Notes: generated by a model from the sequence alone, not told the origin. DNA of 64,000 nucleotides from Psammoneis japonica (GCA_008632985.1 QPGO01000004.1:434001-498000); one strand, 5' to 3'. Shown: positions 1-14,200, numbered from the stretch's first letter. A program made the numbers and translations.

Positions 1-1324
1 AAATAGCACACAAAGAAGCCATTGGTATCGTCGTCTTGATTTGCACGGATTAAGCATTGTGCTTGCTGCTGCGTCAAGCCCATCACCGCCCGTCCTCGCC
101 TCTTCCAGTGCTTCAAGCACGCCGGAGCTACAATCTCCCATTCATCATTTTCTTTTATTGCTTGTGCAACGACACCTTCGTTTTCGATATCATGAAGTGA
201 ACATGTTGAATACACAATCCGTTCCGCTTGTTTATAAGACATTGCATGTCGAAGACACGTCAATTGAAAATTCGATAGTGGCTCCAATCGCTTTTTGGTG
301 TCAATCGTACTCTCTTCTTCGACAGTATCGTGCTGTTTCTCACCATGTCTGTCAGGGGATGTGTATATACCACTTCCCGAACAGCTTGGATCCAACAGAA
401 TCCCGCGAAGATTCGGGTAGTCCTTTGGCTTGGACTGTAGAAAGTCGCAATGTTGGCACTCCACCTTGACACAACCAGATGTCGGAATTATTTGCTCCAT
501 TCGTCGTTTCAAAGATGTGAATCGACTAGAAGATCGATCCAAGGCATACACCGTCGGGCATTGAGCTTTTTTCTTTTTCTTCTTTGCCTTTGATGAATTC
601 CTGCTGCTTTCGACATTCTCGGCCAGAAGAGCTGCAACGTGACTTGTTTTGTTTCCCGGCGCTGCACAGGCGTCCAACACATCGCCCATAAACAAAGAAC
701 TAGTAGAGCTATCACCTCCATGAACCAAACAGAGTGCCGAAAAACAAGAGCTCTTGTCTTGCAACACAACTTTGTGCGACTGAACAAAATCAAAATCATT
801 GTGTAACTTGCTCAAAGGCGGCAGCACAAGCAAATTAGGGACATGCACGTCGCAGAACACCTGATCGCGGTATTGCTCCTTCTCCAACAAGACACTCGCG
901 ACTTCTTCCAGTGATGCCCTCAAGGTATTGACTCGAACATATCTTGGAAACGAAACATATGCTTTGACTCCTCCGCACGCGGCAATTGTTCTTTGATTTC
1001 GACTAACGCTTTCCGCAAAGATTCCTCCTGCTTTTTCAGTGTTCGTTTCAGTGCACCACCACCACGGATATCTTTGTTTGGTCCCAACAGTAATTCATAC
1101 AACAATACGTATGCCAGAGCCTTGTTTCGAATTGGTTGCTTGACTCGATCCATCAACGAGTCCAAGATATTTTTCGATTCCAGGACATGGCAAACTTGAG
1201 CATACGTCGCTTTGCTACACCGGAGCTCGCCCTTGGGGGTATAGGCAAGGGTCTTGAGGCTCTTGTGCTTTGTCCAGACCTCATTGAGAAGCCGAGCCGC
1301 AGGAGCGTACGGCGACGAGGACAT
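1..1324 (-). CDS. NSUN5: NOP2/Sun-family rRNA m5C methyltransferase (NSUN5/Rcm1-like); 3' end runs out of the window; one apparent frameshift near 960
   Basis: ATG at 1324 (MSSSPYAPAARLL...LLYELLLG...GGG). After a frame change the strand reads FPRYVRVNTL, VVLQDKSSC, VLDACAAPGNKTSH, ILLDPSCSGSG, IVYSTCS and DDTNGFFV, all NSUN5 motifs. Confidence 0.9.
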
Positions 1325-1723
1325 GGTGCCTTTTGTGCCTCCGACATCCGACATGCACACCACTCCATCCGCATCCGTTTTTCCCGCCGACGACGTACAG
1401 CCCGAGAAGAAGTATCGATGGTACGTACGATACTTATTAAAAATGGAAGACGATAGCTCTATCTGCTCTCTCTGCATACTAGAGAGGGGATGATTCATAC
1501 TGTTCACGCCAAAAGGCACCAGGAATAGCTGTTGCGACGAACCATAAACATCAAAATTCATCTCTCTGTCTAGTCCAACCAACGTGGTCGCCGTGATGCA
1601 TTTCATGACGTAACGTCAGAAGACCAAAGTTGGTCGTGAGATATAAACACTGAAGTTATACTGTACGGTCCTCATGTCAAGAAATGATAGCTATTGTATG
1701 GTACAGTAAATTCAAATACTAGA

Positions 1724-2858
1724 TTATACATTTGCTGGTCCTCGTGCCCCCATTTTTGCGTCCCCTTCCTGTGGATGTGGATCAAACTCATCAAAGGAAC
1801 TAGGCATGTCACTGCTGGGACCCCGATAAATGTCTCTCCAGTTTTGCGCATGAACCTCATCCAGCACCAAACTAAAGCAAGAAACGAGTGCATCGCGTTC
1901 TCTTGGAGAATTGGCCTCCAAGTCCAACGATCCCTCCTTGGTTAGAAGCGAGAAGCAAAGAGCTTCAGATACGCTTGCATTTTCTACCCGTCGAAGTGCC
2001 GTTGTCTGTTTTCCTACATCCACATACATAATGTGTGAAAGAGGCACTTGATGAAGCTTTCCCATTTTCGGTTTCGACTCCTTTTGTCCCTTCTTTCTAG
2101 TTTCTGTTCGCCAGGTAATGGCACTTTCTGTTAGCTGAAGACGCACCGTCTTTGGTTTGCCGCGAGACCCGTGCGCGACAATCAATACACCCGGATCACG
2201 GAGTTGCTGCATGGCAGCTGAAATTACAATTTCGTCGTTTTGTTGTAAATCAAGCATAGATTCGTTCGTCCTGGTATTGGTTGTTGTAGTTGAGTAGGTT
2301 GCAACACTAGCAGATCCAGCGGCGCCTAAACCAATTCCCTGCAGTTGGCGGTGATTGGGATTTACAGAAATAGAGCCGCCATGAGTTCCGCCTGTAATAA
2401 TGGATGCTGAACCACCTCCGGTCGAAAGCGAGTGCGTCTAAGAATCGCGTCATTGTCACGGGATGGGAGAACGAACAAGGGCAAATTTGTTAGACAATTC
2501 GAAATTAAATAGAATAAATACAGGCAGTAATAAGAAAATTACAACCAAGGCAAAATGGCGTTCAAAACGACAACAAAAGGCACAAAAGAAGCATGAAAGG
2601 ATACCGACAAGAAGTGCAAGACTAATTGTAAGCTCTCATGCATGGTAGACGCCAGCTATTGTTACTCACCGTGCTTCTTCCGCCTCTTGAACGCCCGCGA
2701 GCGCTCCATGCGTATCGTTTCGGATATGCTTTAAAATGATGAACACGGAATCCCCGTGGCAGTAATAAGTAGAGAACAAAGAGAACAAGCAGTATAAAGA
2801 GGAAGGCTGAGAAATGAAGAGGGTCGATGCCCAGCGGTCCCACGGGTCTGTCGCCCAT
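1724..2858 (-). CDS. Membrane-anchored PH-domain protein (PLC-type PH), 2 exons (2858-2670, 2437-1724)
   Basis: Exon 1 has a hydrophobic TM segment (FSAFLFILLVLFVLYLLL). A GT..AG intron (2669-2438) joins it in frame to the PH-like ORF (...LCFSLLTKEGSLDLEANSPRERDALV). Confidence 0.7.
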
Positions 2859-3241
2859 GGTCGCGTCGTGTCGTCTTCGTTTTGCTGGATGGAGACAGAG
2901 CGCACTGCCGTGTTATGTTCTGCGTAAGTTCTACTGATTAGCAGTATGGAGACCCAAGCATTCTTGACTGACTGTCACAAAGGGGAATGAACTTCCTTCG
3001 ATAACGTAGGTGCTTATAAAAATGATTTCCTACAATGTTGTTTACACGTATAACTTGGAACGATATGAGATAAGCAAAATGTATTCAGTCACTAAGCTTA
3101 GATCAAAGTCACTATCATAATCAGTGTACTCACCCGAACTCGCCGGTTGGCATCGCTTGTCGATGTCGGAGCAAAAAATCTTGCGAGAAAAAACTCGTCG
3201 CATTTCTTCGGCATTTGTCACTGCAAAAGACACAAGCAACC

Positions 3242-4319
3242 ATGGCGTCCGATCAGATCCGACAGATGGTGAACTTCATCCTCCAGGAGGCACACGAAAA
3301 AGCGAACGAAATTCGTGTAAAGGTACGTGTTGTTAGATCATGTTGTTGCGACGCGGCGGTGCTGCCGGTGCTATCCAATGCCACGAGCATAATGTCAGCG
3401 AGATTCCTGGCCATGTGTGGAGAATAGTATTCTTTCTACGTATATCAGGAATCCGACATTTTTCGGCATTTTGCCGAAGCGATCTTTGACGCACACGGAA
3501 ATGCTGTCGTTGGATGTGCTTCAAGCTTCTTTTTCACTATGAGGGTATGACGGACTACCTAAATGGGAATGAAAGACTGATTTCATGTGGCGTTTGTTGT
3601 TTGTGTCTTCATTTCGTTCAAGGAATACAAACATGCCGATGTTTCTGACCGTTGCTCGGAAGTTGGCGACCTCGCCTCTCGCACTATCAAATTTTGTAAG
3701 CTAAACTTTTCGATGCTCACATTTTCTTCTTCAGACCGAGCACGATTTCAACTTGGAGAAGCAAACCCTGGTGCACGAGGCTAAGCTCAATATTCAGGAC
3801 GAGTTTGCCAAGAAGGAGAAGGATCGTGAGATTCAGGAGCGCATTGCTCGTTCAGCGGAGATTGGAGAATGCCGTGTAAAGAAAATGAAGATCCGTGACG
3901 AGCTTCTTCAAACATTGTTGCAGGAGGCTGGACAAAAGTGCGCCGTTGTTGCCATGGGCCAGAACTACCCTCTTTTGCTGCAAAAGCTTATTGTGCAGGG
4001 ACTCATTAAGATTGAGGAGAACGAGGTAACAGTCTTTTGCCGTGGTGAAGACGTTGCGATCGTCAAGAAGATTCTTCCTGCTGCCATTAAGGAGTATGTT
4101 GACATTATGGAGCGGGAATCTGGCGTCAAACTTAACCCAGTCGTCACCCTCAACGGCGATCGCAGCAAAGATTTGGCCGAAACCACTTATGGAGGCGTCA
4201 TGTTGACTGCTATCGCTGGAAAGATTATCTGTGACAACACTATGGCTTCCAGGTTGAACCTAGTTTACGAGGAGCTTCTTCCGTCAATCCGTGCCATTCT
4301 TTTCCCCGAAGATCAGTAA
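3242..4319 (+). CDS. ATP6V1E: V-type H+-ATPase subunit E, 2 exons (3242-3322, 3735-4319)
   Basis: MASDQIRQMVNFILQEAHEKANEIRVK|TEHDFNLEKQTLV...GGVML...GKIICDNTMASRL...IRAILF, with a canonical GT..AG intron. Confidence 0.95.
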
Positions 4320-5112
4320 GAGAAATACTACAATGTAAAAACTATCTGGCAAACAATGAGCACGTTCATTGGAAGATCGATCGAGACACTTTGTAAATGC
4401 TAGGTTGAGAAGCAATAAATTTGTATTTATCTCCCCACTTATGCGTCTACAACAGTGCTGGAGTTTCTGTGGCGTGTACCGTGCGAGGCGGTATTGTAAT
4501 TATTGTTTGATGTGGGCGTCGAAGGAATCTGTTCGACTTACGTCTACAATTTCAACATGTACAGCACCACTAATTGCGTTTACTCAGAAAAATCTTCGTT
4601 TTGCGAGAACCAATCTCTGCAGCGCTCGACGGGACGGCGACTTTGGCAATGCCGCTTCGACCTGAAGCCTGACTAAAGCATTTTACTTGTCGTTTCAGCT
4701 TCACGGACGACGATTCATTGGGCGGGCGTTTCTCGGCTGTGAACCCTCACATTACACCCCTGTACTAGTTTTGTGGTGTTCTCAAACTAACTCTAGAGTG
4801 TTAACGCTACAGGTAAGAATACACTGATTGGATGAACGACGTTTTTAAAAGGTACGGAACGCATTCGAATGCTACGGTATCTAATTCCTTGGTGTGGTGG
4901 TGGATGGAGGCAACGCGCGGGTGGGCGGGGTGGGGCCCCAGGAGGAGTCCTTCGCGCAATGCTGGGCTAAAGAAAAAACTCAAAATTCACATATGAACAG
5001 AACCAATCGATCCCAAAATCTAACTGTGCCTTGCTCTCTTCAGCGTGTCGAGACGACCCTACGTGTACATGCATGTTGTGCACACCCAAACATTGAAATG
5101 GATGTCATCTTC

Positions 5113-5895
5113 TCACGCTTGGCGCTGAGTGCCGGTGGAAGCCTTGAGGACTTGTAGTTGAGCATTGAACTGACCAACCTGGTACGCGACGAGTGCAACG
5201 AAAGCTAACCGCCTCTCGTCAGATACATAGTCTTCTTCAACGGGGAGTTCTAGTTCGACCCTGCGAACGACATCATTGTCGTGGTAAAAGCAAGCACCAC
5301 CAGGAGTTCCGTTTGAGCCTACCGGTGTATACTGCGTGATGCACGTCTGGTCCACGCTGTCAAAGTTTGGTGAGTCCTTGCCTATGGATTCAGACACACC
5401 CATGTAGACATTGGATGAGATTGGACCCATCCAGAAAGATTCTTCTTCTTTGGCCAGCTCATCACTGAGAGCGAACTTGCGGTTGTTGATGACTGTACCA
5501 ATGGGTTTATCACGAGAATGACCATAAACGGTAGTGCTCCTTCTCGCCCTGCGGCTTGGACGTACAGGTCGCATATTTTGCCACTGCGCGACGATCAGGC
5601 GGTCTTCGTTTAGAACCTCGGACCACGCATTGTCACTTGGAGCTCCGGAGGTGCTTCCCAGAACAAACGTCATAACTTCAAACCCTTCTTCATCGTGACC
5701 AACATAACATTGCTCGTTAGTTTCATCATCGTCAGGCAAAATGTTAAGTACTACTCTGGACGATTCGAGGATGATTCCGGGTCGTGCATCTTTTGTCGCT
5801 GCTGATTCGGTCGGAACATACGGAGTAATCTCAGTAGGACTCTCCAATGCAGCCTTAGTTGACATGGTTTCGTAGTTCACTACTGCTGCTGTCAT
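5113..5895 (-). CDS. Hypothetical protein
   Basis: 260-aa ORF with normal host composition (Tyr present); no recognised domain. Confidence 0.45.
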   Translation of the reverse strand: MTAAVVNYETMSTKAALESPTEITPYVPTESAATKDARPGIILESSRVVLNILPDDDETNEQCYVGHDEEGFEVMTFVLGSTSGAPSDNAWSEVLNEDRLIVAQWQNMRPVRPSRRARRSTTVYGHSRDKPIGTVINNRKFALSDELAKEEESFWMGPISSNVYMGVSESIGKDSPNFDSVDQTCITQYTPVGSNGTPGGACFYHDNDVVRRVELELPVEEDYVSDERRLAFVALVAYQVGQFNAQLQVLKASTGTQRQA

Positions 5896-6399
5896 GATTT
5901 AAGATAAGGAATTAGCAAGAACAGTAGTTTTAATGTCTCTTTGTGAGGGTGGATATCACAGAATATTTTGAAAGATCAAGCTAAGACGGTTACACGGTCA
6001 CTGAACTTGGCGAATGAGGAGTGTCGAAGATCGATGATGCTCCTTCTTCTCAACGAGAACTTGTTTTCATTCGTGATGGCACCAGGCAGTGACGTGGACG
6101 TGATGACGTCATTATGTCTTCTTGGACATTCGGGGGTACCGCCCTAGCCCTAAAGAAGTGCAAATCGAATCGTGACGTTGGGTTGTCAGAATGCATGCCT
6201 CCCATCTCTTTTATCCCCTTTCACAGCCTCCCTCGCCTCCTTGGTGTACTCTGTTGCTGGCCAGCATTTGTCTCCGGCTGCTTTTTGCCTCGTGCTCCAA
6301 CGCAGGCTTCTTTGACTCCCGATCTCTGCTGGAGCGTGGACCAAATCCCACTCCGCGGCCTGTGTGCAGCAGAGTTGCCGACCCCTGCAGAGACCACCG

Positions 6400-7150
6400 C
6401 CATGCTCTCTGCTGTCGCTTCCCATCACACAAGACAACTCTCTCAGTTCATGCCTTCCTCCCAATGATTGGGTCACTTGCTGGTCCTTTTTGCTCCAACA
6501 AGAACTGGCCTCATCAGCACCCACCAGACCATGACCATGAACCTCCTGCTGATCTCTTTTCTCACTTGCCCCCCAAACACACCCTGCCATGTGTTGGTGT
6601 GTGCTTTGTCCCTGCACATGACACTGCCTCGCCAGCCACTCACACTTGTCTGGCCATCAGTGCAACCATCCTGAAACCACCTCCCAACTCAGCTCTTGGC
6701 TTGCCTGCCCTGCCCTGCCACCAACTGCACTGCACCGAGGCACACCATGCAAGCACCAAGAGAAAGTTTCATGGCAACCATGAAACTGGCCAAGAAGGCC
6801 CAACAATGATGTCTTCTCTCAATGATGCAGGCGTGCACCTTTTCCATTCACCACTGACCATTTTGGCTCTGCTCTTGGACACTTTGTGCACCACATCTCC
6901 TTTTCGATGATCGGCAGCACCGCCCTGTGCTGCTCATGCCACCTGCACCCCCTTTGGATTCTGAGACTTGTTTCCAGCACACCCATGCCTCCTGCTGTGC
7001 TGCCTTGTCCCATCTGAAAGGCTCCCCCTGTGATGTCTTCCCAACAGCCACTGTGGTGTGGACCAAAACCTCATTGTCTGGATTTGGCATCATGCCCCGT
7101 GCATCCAACCCCTGCCAGCGGTGCTTTCAGAGGCTCATCTCTTGGTCATC
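6400..7150 (-). mobile_element. Possible highly degenerate Gypsy RT/RNase H relic
   Basis: Fragments DARGMMPNPD, GEPFRWDKAAQQEAW and RAEPKWSVV resemble the Gypsy RT thumb/RNase H linker; frames are broken. Confidence 0.3.
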
Positions 7151-9585
7151 AGATCCCTTGCTGACTGGCTTTTTTGCCATTCATCTACACTCAACAACAA
7201 CTTGCTTGCTGCACCCTTGCAACACCAAAGCCATCCCATGCCTGTGTGATGTGCCATTGCATCATGCCTGGTGGTCCTCTGTCTGTCATTCACACTGCAC
7301 CACCAGGCAACGTGGTGCGCAACCTCCTCACATGTGTGTGGTGCACAGCTGAACAGTGCAGCAGCAAACCTCATAAAAAAAACATGCCTCTTTCGTGCTT
7401 TTCTTTTTTTGACACCCAAGCCACTGGGGCCCAAGCTGGGCAGCAGGCCAGATGATGGTGGGGTCAGCAAAACTGTGTCACTGACACTTGTTGACTCCTT
7501 TTGCTTTGAAGAGAGAGAGCAAAAAGACACTGCCAAAAAACATTTGGGGGGGGGAGGTGCCAGCACCCTGTGCACAAGGAGGCTCAGAGCTTTTTTTGGA
7601 GGTTGGGGCAGTTGTTTGGCTGGGTGCATGATGCTCTGAGCTCAAATCATGTTCATGATCCCTGCCAGCTGCCAGAAGCTCTCATCTCATCTCCACCTCC
7701 TTGTGCTTGACTTCTTTGTGGAGAGCACTGCAGCAGGTGTGTGTGCAATGTATGCTCACTAACAAGCCATCAGCACAGAGGGCCATGGGGCTGATGATGG
7801 CTGATGTCCAAGGCATTGGACCATGCCTGAATGCCGTGTCTTCATGCTGAGAGACATGGACCCACACTCCTCATGTGAGGACATTTGCAAAAGATGACTG
7901 CGCTGCTCTGGCACAGCTGTCTTTGCACAATGTCCATGTTGCAGCAGCCTTTTCTGCACATGGCAGTGCACAGACATCTGGTTGGAATGCAAGCACATGT
8001 GCAATCATGTCTGCAGATGCAACTCAATGGGAGAACCAACCAAAAATGTGGGTGTCACAAATGTGTGGTGCATGGACATCTGGGTGGAATGCAAACAAGT
8101 GCAATGTCTGAAAAGTTTTGTTGCTCTTGTTCAGAATTGATCTGTGAAGAGTTTTCATCAACCAAGCAAACCAGCAAGAAGTTGGAAACCAGAATCAAGA
8201 AAATTTGGCATTGCAGTGCATGAGATCTTGATGAGATGGATTTTTTGCACCTCTGCAACACAGTCATTGTGAGCATTGTTGTTTTGACAGTTGAGCCCAG
8301 TTGGCAAAGCAGGAAATGACAATGAATGTCACATGTGACTTGCCAGCTTTTCATCTCAACAACAGCGCACGTGTGTGACAAATTGCTGACATGGTTCATT
8401 TCTGAGAACAACTGTGCAAATCAATCTCGTTCACTCTTTTTTTGTTTGCTGTTTGATTTGTGCATTTTACAATTTGGGCTTCTAACAATGTTGACTTTCT
8501 GTGCTGTGCATTCTTGTTCTCTGCTGCCTGCTCCCTCTTGTCTTTGCTCTGTTGTTTTGTTTTGTTCTCCCGTTGTCTTTTGCCATCCACAAAGCATCTT
8601 GTTGTTGCTTCTTGGCTGTGCTGGCATTGTGTCATGCTCCAATCAGTGTCTGTGCTCCAACTGGCATTGTGCTCATGTCATCAGTCTTTCAACAAGAGCC
8701 AGTTGTTTCTGCAAGTGTCGCTCATCATTGCAAGAGAGGGCACAGCCATGCCTGCCAGAAAAAAGCAGAGAAGTCATGAGTTTTGCACATTTGGCTTGGG
8801 AACCTTTTGGGATCTTGCACTCACCAACAAGAACAGCTGTTGCAACACACCTTCCATTCGTGGAAGGTTTTGGGAGAAGGTTGGCCCCAGCACCTCAGCC
8901 ATCATGAGCCAAGAACAAAGCACTTTTGCTGCTCACCTTCAAACCCAAATGGATCACATGCTTCCCCTGAAGGCCTGCAACAACTTGTTTGCATGACCCA
9001 CCCTTGATGGTGCATTCTCCAAATGCCGCAATGTGCTCAGCTCTGAGTCTGTTGTCAAAGGCAAGCCATTCGCGCATTTTGGTGTGTTCTGTCATGTTTT
9101 CCATTCTGAGTGCACACTGCCTCACAACTTTTTGTTGTTGCCACCTCTTTGACAGGTCAGCGCACCACTGCAGATTTGTGTGAGGATCCTCCTGCCAACA
9201 TTGTGTGGCCTTTGTCACAAGAAGAACAAAATGCTGCCACACGCCATTGTGAAGGAGCTCTTCTTTGTGTGCAGCATGCCACTTCGGATGATTGGCTCCA
9301 TCTGCACGGGTCTTGTTCTTTGTTCCTGTTGCCATTGAGATCCACTTGAGTCACACTTTCTTCATGCCAATGGGCAGACAGGGTGAGAGTTGCTCACACA
9401 GCTGTCATGGACTTTGCTGTCAAGGATGTGAGGCCAGCTGTGACTCGCATCATGGAGAGTGCTGTGCAGGAGGCACTCACACAGCTGATCTGTGTGAAGT
9501 GTTGTCCCCTCATTTGCCTTTTCAAGGATCACAACAATGACTTGATGGAAAGCCTCCTCCCTTGAAGATTGCCTGCCTGTCCCTG

Positions 9586-9964
9586 TGCAACATGCGTTGT
9601 CATGTGTGTGTCACACATGCACATCTGTGCATCAAATAAAATTGCACTCCAATCGCACGTCAATCGTGGGTTCGTACGAAGCACAGATCGATCACACAGA
9701 AGTGATCGGATGTCGAGAATCGCAAATGCGATCGCACGATGATGTTGACATCTTGTGTGTCAATGTCAATCGCATCCGGACAATCTGTTGTCACGATCAT
9801 ATTCTCCGAAAGGCCTTTTGTCTGTAGGAGCAGTGCAAAAGGTTTAGGCTGTTGAGAACCCGTTCGGAGAAACCCAAAATGATTGCGCAGAAACAATTCT
9901 CACAATTTTCACTTTTCGAACTTCGTTCTACTTTCGTTTGCACTCGTTCTTCAAGCACAGTGCA
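9586..9964 (+). repeat. Gypsy 5' LTR
   Basis: Colinear with 14331-14709; starts TGCAACATGCG and ends GTGCA. Confidence 0.93.
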
Positions 9965-10000
9965 TTGTGCACACACACCACAGAAGGCAACAAGTTCAAG

Positions 10001-11154
10001 ATGAAACTTTCACCTCAAGCAACCAACGCCAAAACTTCGTCAAGGCAGGAGAAAATCGTTCCTCAACCGCTGGAATCGAATTCCGAGCCGAAGAGCCTCA
10101 AACCGAGCCAGCACCTCAAGATGGAGCAACGTTTTCATCCCGAGAAGAAGGATGGCCACACCTGCACCATCAATGTCAAGCATTACAAGAAGCAAGGTGT
10201 CCCCAAGTGCATCGAATTTCTCAAGAGCTACGATCAACTTCCAGTGGGCCAGAGTGTCAGGAAGCAATCCGACAAGTTCCGCCTCATGCGCATGTCACTC
10301 CAAGGAGATGCTCCACGTGCTTTCTAGAATGCGGCAGTGAACCTTGAAGACGAATCTGCGGAAGGAAGCTTTGAGAAATGCCTGCAGCACCTCACGAGGC
10401 ATGTGTTTCCCAAGAATGCACTTTCGGTGCAGAAACGCTGTTTGCGTCGCGATCTCAAGAAGCCGGAGTCCATGAAAGCACGCGAAATTGCTGCTTGGGT
10501 CCAGGAAGTCAACGAAGACCTCAAGTTCTGTCCTCCCTTTGGGAAGGAACAGAAGATCAAGGATGACGAGCTCAAGGACATCCTCTTCAATCTTGCACCT
10601 CGAAAGTGGCAGCGTCAGTCGACCGTCCAAGGTTTCGAAATTTTGAAACATGCCCATGACGAGTTGGTTGAGTTTTTGGAGCGCCTGGAGGTCGCAGAGG
10701 ACATGTTCGATGGCATTCATGCCAAGGCTGATGGCAGTGGCGGCACTGCATCAAAAGCCAAGAGTGGTCACCAACGTGGTTCCAAAAATGGTCACCAACA
10801 TGGTGCCGAAAAATCTCAGTCCGAGAAGTGGTGCATTTCATGCGAGAAATCCACTCATGACATGGACAAGTGCTGGTCGATCAAAAGACTTGCAAAAGAA
10901 CGCCGTGGAACTGTGAACCCAATCCAAAACGGCGCCGTTCAAATGGCAATCGCATGTGGTCTCGTTGCGATGACGACAATGCCGCTCGCAAAGAAGAGTT
11001 GAATGCCACGGCGATCCAAGCAGTTCAAAAAATGCTCAAAGCGAGTTCCTCATACAATGACAAGAAGCGCAAGAGCAAAGGCTGTGATTCTGACACCCTT
11101 GACGAGGAGAATTTTCAGTTTGAAAAAATGACATGCAGTGATTCTGAGGAATGA
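10001..11154 (+). pseudogene. gag: Gypsy gag (in-frame TAG at 10325, frameshift near 10900)
   Basis: ORFs 9938-10327 and 10337-11002 are in the same frame; degenerate zinc knuckle WCISCEKSTHDMDKC. Confidence 0.75.
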
Positions 11155-11217
11155 CTTGCACCGCAAGAGGAGTCTTGCGCTCTGCTGGACATTGGGAAGC
11201 CCAGAAAAAGGGCCAAA

Positions 11218-14200
11218 GTGATTCATGCCAGTCCAGTGGTCATCGCTTGCATGAACACCTCATTGGGCAAAGCGAAAAACAAGCCTCTGCACGTTCTCCT
11301 CGACAGCGGAACATCGTCAACCATGATTTTGCGCAAATTCACGTGGAAACTCAGAACCAAAGTGTCCGCCACCAAACTCTGGGAAACCAAAGCAGGGCTC
11401 TTTACGACTGACAGCAGATGCAAAATCCAATTCTCCTTGCCCGAATTTGACAAACACAAGACAATCGAAACAACGGCATGTGTTGACAACTCCCCTTCTT
11501 CTTCGAGTCGTTATGATGTGATCATGGGATGCGACTCAATGTCAAGTCTTGGGATGACATTGGACTTCTCGAATGAAGAGATTAAATGGGAAGATGCAGC
11601 TGCTCCCATGAAGAATGTTGACACACTCTTCGATGCCGATGCATTCAAGTTGATTGCCGATCATGTTGAGGAATCTCGTGCAGTGATCAGTCTTAATGAC
11701 AGGGTCAATCGGATCCTTGACTCAGACCATCACGCTGCAAACCTCAATGATGTGACTGCAGCAGCTGCCCATCTAACTCCTGAAGAGCAGAAGCAGCTGA
11801 ACTTCCTCTTAAAAAGATTTGAAAACCTTTTCGATGGTTCTCTGGGCAAATGGACCGGGAAACTGGTGGATTTGAAGTTGAAATCGGGCGTGAGTCCGTG
11901 TCATGCCAAACCATTTCCCGCACCACAAGCCTTGGAGGCGACCACTCGTAAAGAGGTTGAAAGACTGTGCAAGCCAAAGGTCTTGAGAAAAACAAATTGT
12001 TCTGAATGGGCAGCTCCATTGAGTCCGATTTCCACCCGACTTTCGAGAGCTGAATAAGAGGCCAATGCGCGCTCCATTTCCTCCACCCAACATTCAGGAC
12101 ATGCCACAGAAACTTGAAGGTTTCATGCATGCAACATCTCTAGATTTAAATGTGGGACATTGTCATGTCGAGCTGATGCCAAATGCACGTCGTTTGTGCA
12201 CAATCGTCATGCCTTGGGGCAAATGTGAGCACTGCAGACTCCCCATGGGAATCTGTGGAGCTCCAGACATTTTTCAAGAGCACATGAGCGAGCTCATGGC
12301 AGGTCTGGAGTTCATCAGAACTTGTGTTGACGACACATTGTGCCTTGCAAAAGGTGATTTTCAAGACCACCTCAAGAAGCTTGAGACGGTGTTTTTACGC
12401 CTGGAACAAGCCGGGTTGAAGGTCAATGCCGAGAAGTCCTTTTTCACTAAACCCGAAGCAGACTGTCCAGGCTTTCATGTCACCCGCAATGGCATCAGCC
12501 CGATTCCGAAAAAGGCAGAAGCAATTCACGCGATCACAACTCCCAAAACTCGCAAGGAATTGCGACGCTTTGCAGGTGTGATCAACCACTGTCGAGACAT
12601 GTGGCCTCGACGATCTCATGTTTTAGCTCCTTTAGCCAAACTCACTTCCACGCAAGTAAAGTGGCAATGGACCGAAACAGAACAAAAAGCCTTCGAAAAT
12701 GTGAAGCGCATCATCTCCAAAGATGTGCTGTTGTCACATCTGAACTTCAACGCACCCTTTGAGACATGTGCCGATGCCAGCAATTCTCAATTGGGGGCGG
12801 TCATCATGCAGAAAAACCGACCAATTGCCTTCTACAGCCGCAAGCTGAATGGAGCGCAGACGCGTCACACCACAATGGAAAAAGAACTGTTGTCCACAGT
12901 GGAGACGTTAAAAGAGTTCCGAAATGTGCTGTTTGGCCAACAGACAAATGTGCACACGGATCACAAGAATCTCACACATAAAAATTTCACAACGGACAGA
13001 GTCATGCGTTGGCGTCTAACAACAGAAGAATGCAGTCCCAAAACAACATGCCTTGAGGGCAAGGCAAATGTTGTCGCAGATGCGATCAGCCGACTTGCTG
13101 TGAAGAAAATAGAACCTGTGGAAACCCTCAGCACAGAAGAGTCAGCTGAAAAGGTCCCACCAAAATCCTGCGACAATGTCTTTCCGTTAAATTACAAAGT
13201 TCTTGATTGCGAACAAAAATGGGACAAAGACATTCTCTCCAAATTGTCAAACAATGCGTTTCATGCGAAGACTTTTCGTGGAGGCGAGCGAGACCGGTTG
13301 CTCATGTGTCATGAGGACAAAATTGTCGTCCCAAGGACGTTGCAAAAGGCAGTGATAGATTGGTGTCATGCGCACCTTCTTCACCCTGGCACAAATCGAA
13401 CAAAAGAAACAATCTCACAACACCTGTGGTGGTCCACCCTGCGTGAAGACATACGAAAATGTGTGTCGAGATGTGAGACGTGCCAAAAATTCAAGAAGAA
13501 ACACAAGAAATGTGGACATTTGCCTCCCAAGTGCGCAGAATCCGTGCCATGGGAACGACCATGTGTGGACCTCATTGGGCCATACAAAATGCGTCGTAAG
13601 GGAAAGAAAGAACCCCCAGTCCTGAAATGTTTGACAATGATTGATCCGGCAACCGGATGGTTTGAAGTTGTGGAAATCCCAAATGAGGAATCCATGACTG
13701 CAGCTGGACTGTTAGAACGAACATGGTCAAGCAGATGTCCTTGGCCATCGTCAATTGCATGTGACCGTGGAAGTGAGTTCATCGGACACCAATTTAAAGA
13801 AATGGTGCAAGATGATTGTGGCATTAAAGTCAAGCCTGTGACTGCACGAAATCCACAAACAAATGCAATTGTTGAACGCGCACATCAAGCACTGGGGAAC
13901 ATGCTCCACACATTTGATTTGCAACACACACCTCTAGATGCTGAGGATCCCTTCGCTGGAATGCTGTCAGCAGTGGCATTTGTGGCACGTTCTGCGCATC
14001 ATGCCACTGCGCAAGCTGCACCAGGACAACTGGTCTTCAACAGAGACATGACATTTAACGTCCAACATGTCGCAGACTGGAAATCAGTCCAGCAGTGAAA
14101 ACAAGAAATCACAAACAAAAACAACGCTTGAGAGAATGCTTGACGTGCTCCTCACACGTGCAGAGCAGGAGAAAAGACACTGCTCAAGAAAGACTTGCAA

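Noticed and set aside
10325..10327. In-frame TAG in Gypsy gag as programmed readthrough
   Set aside because: It lies mid-gag rather than at the gag-pol junction, in an element with other lesions.
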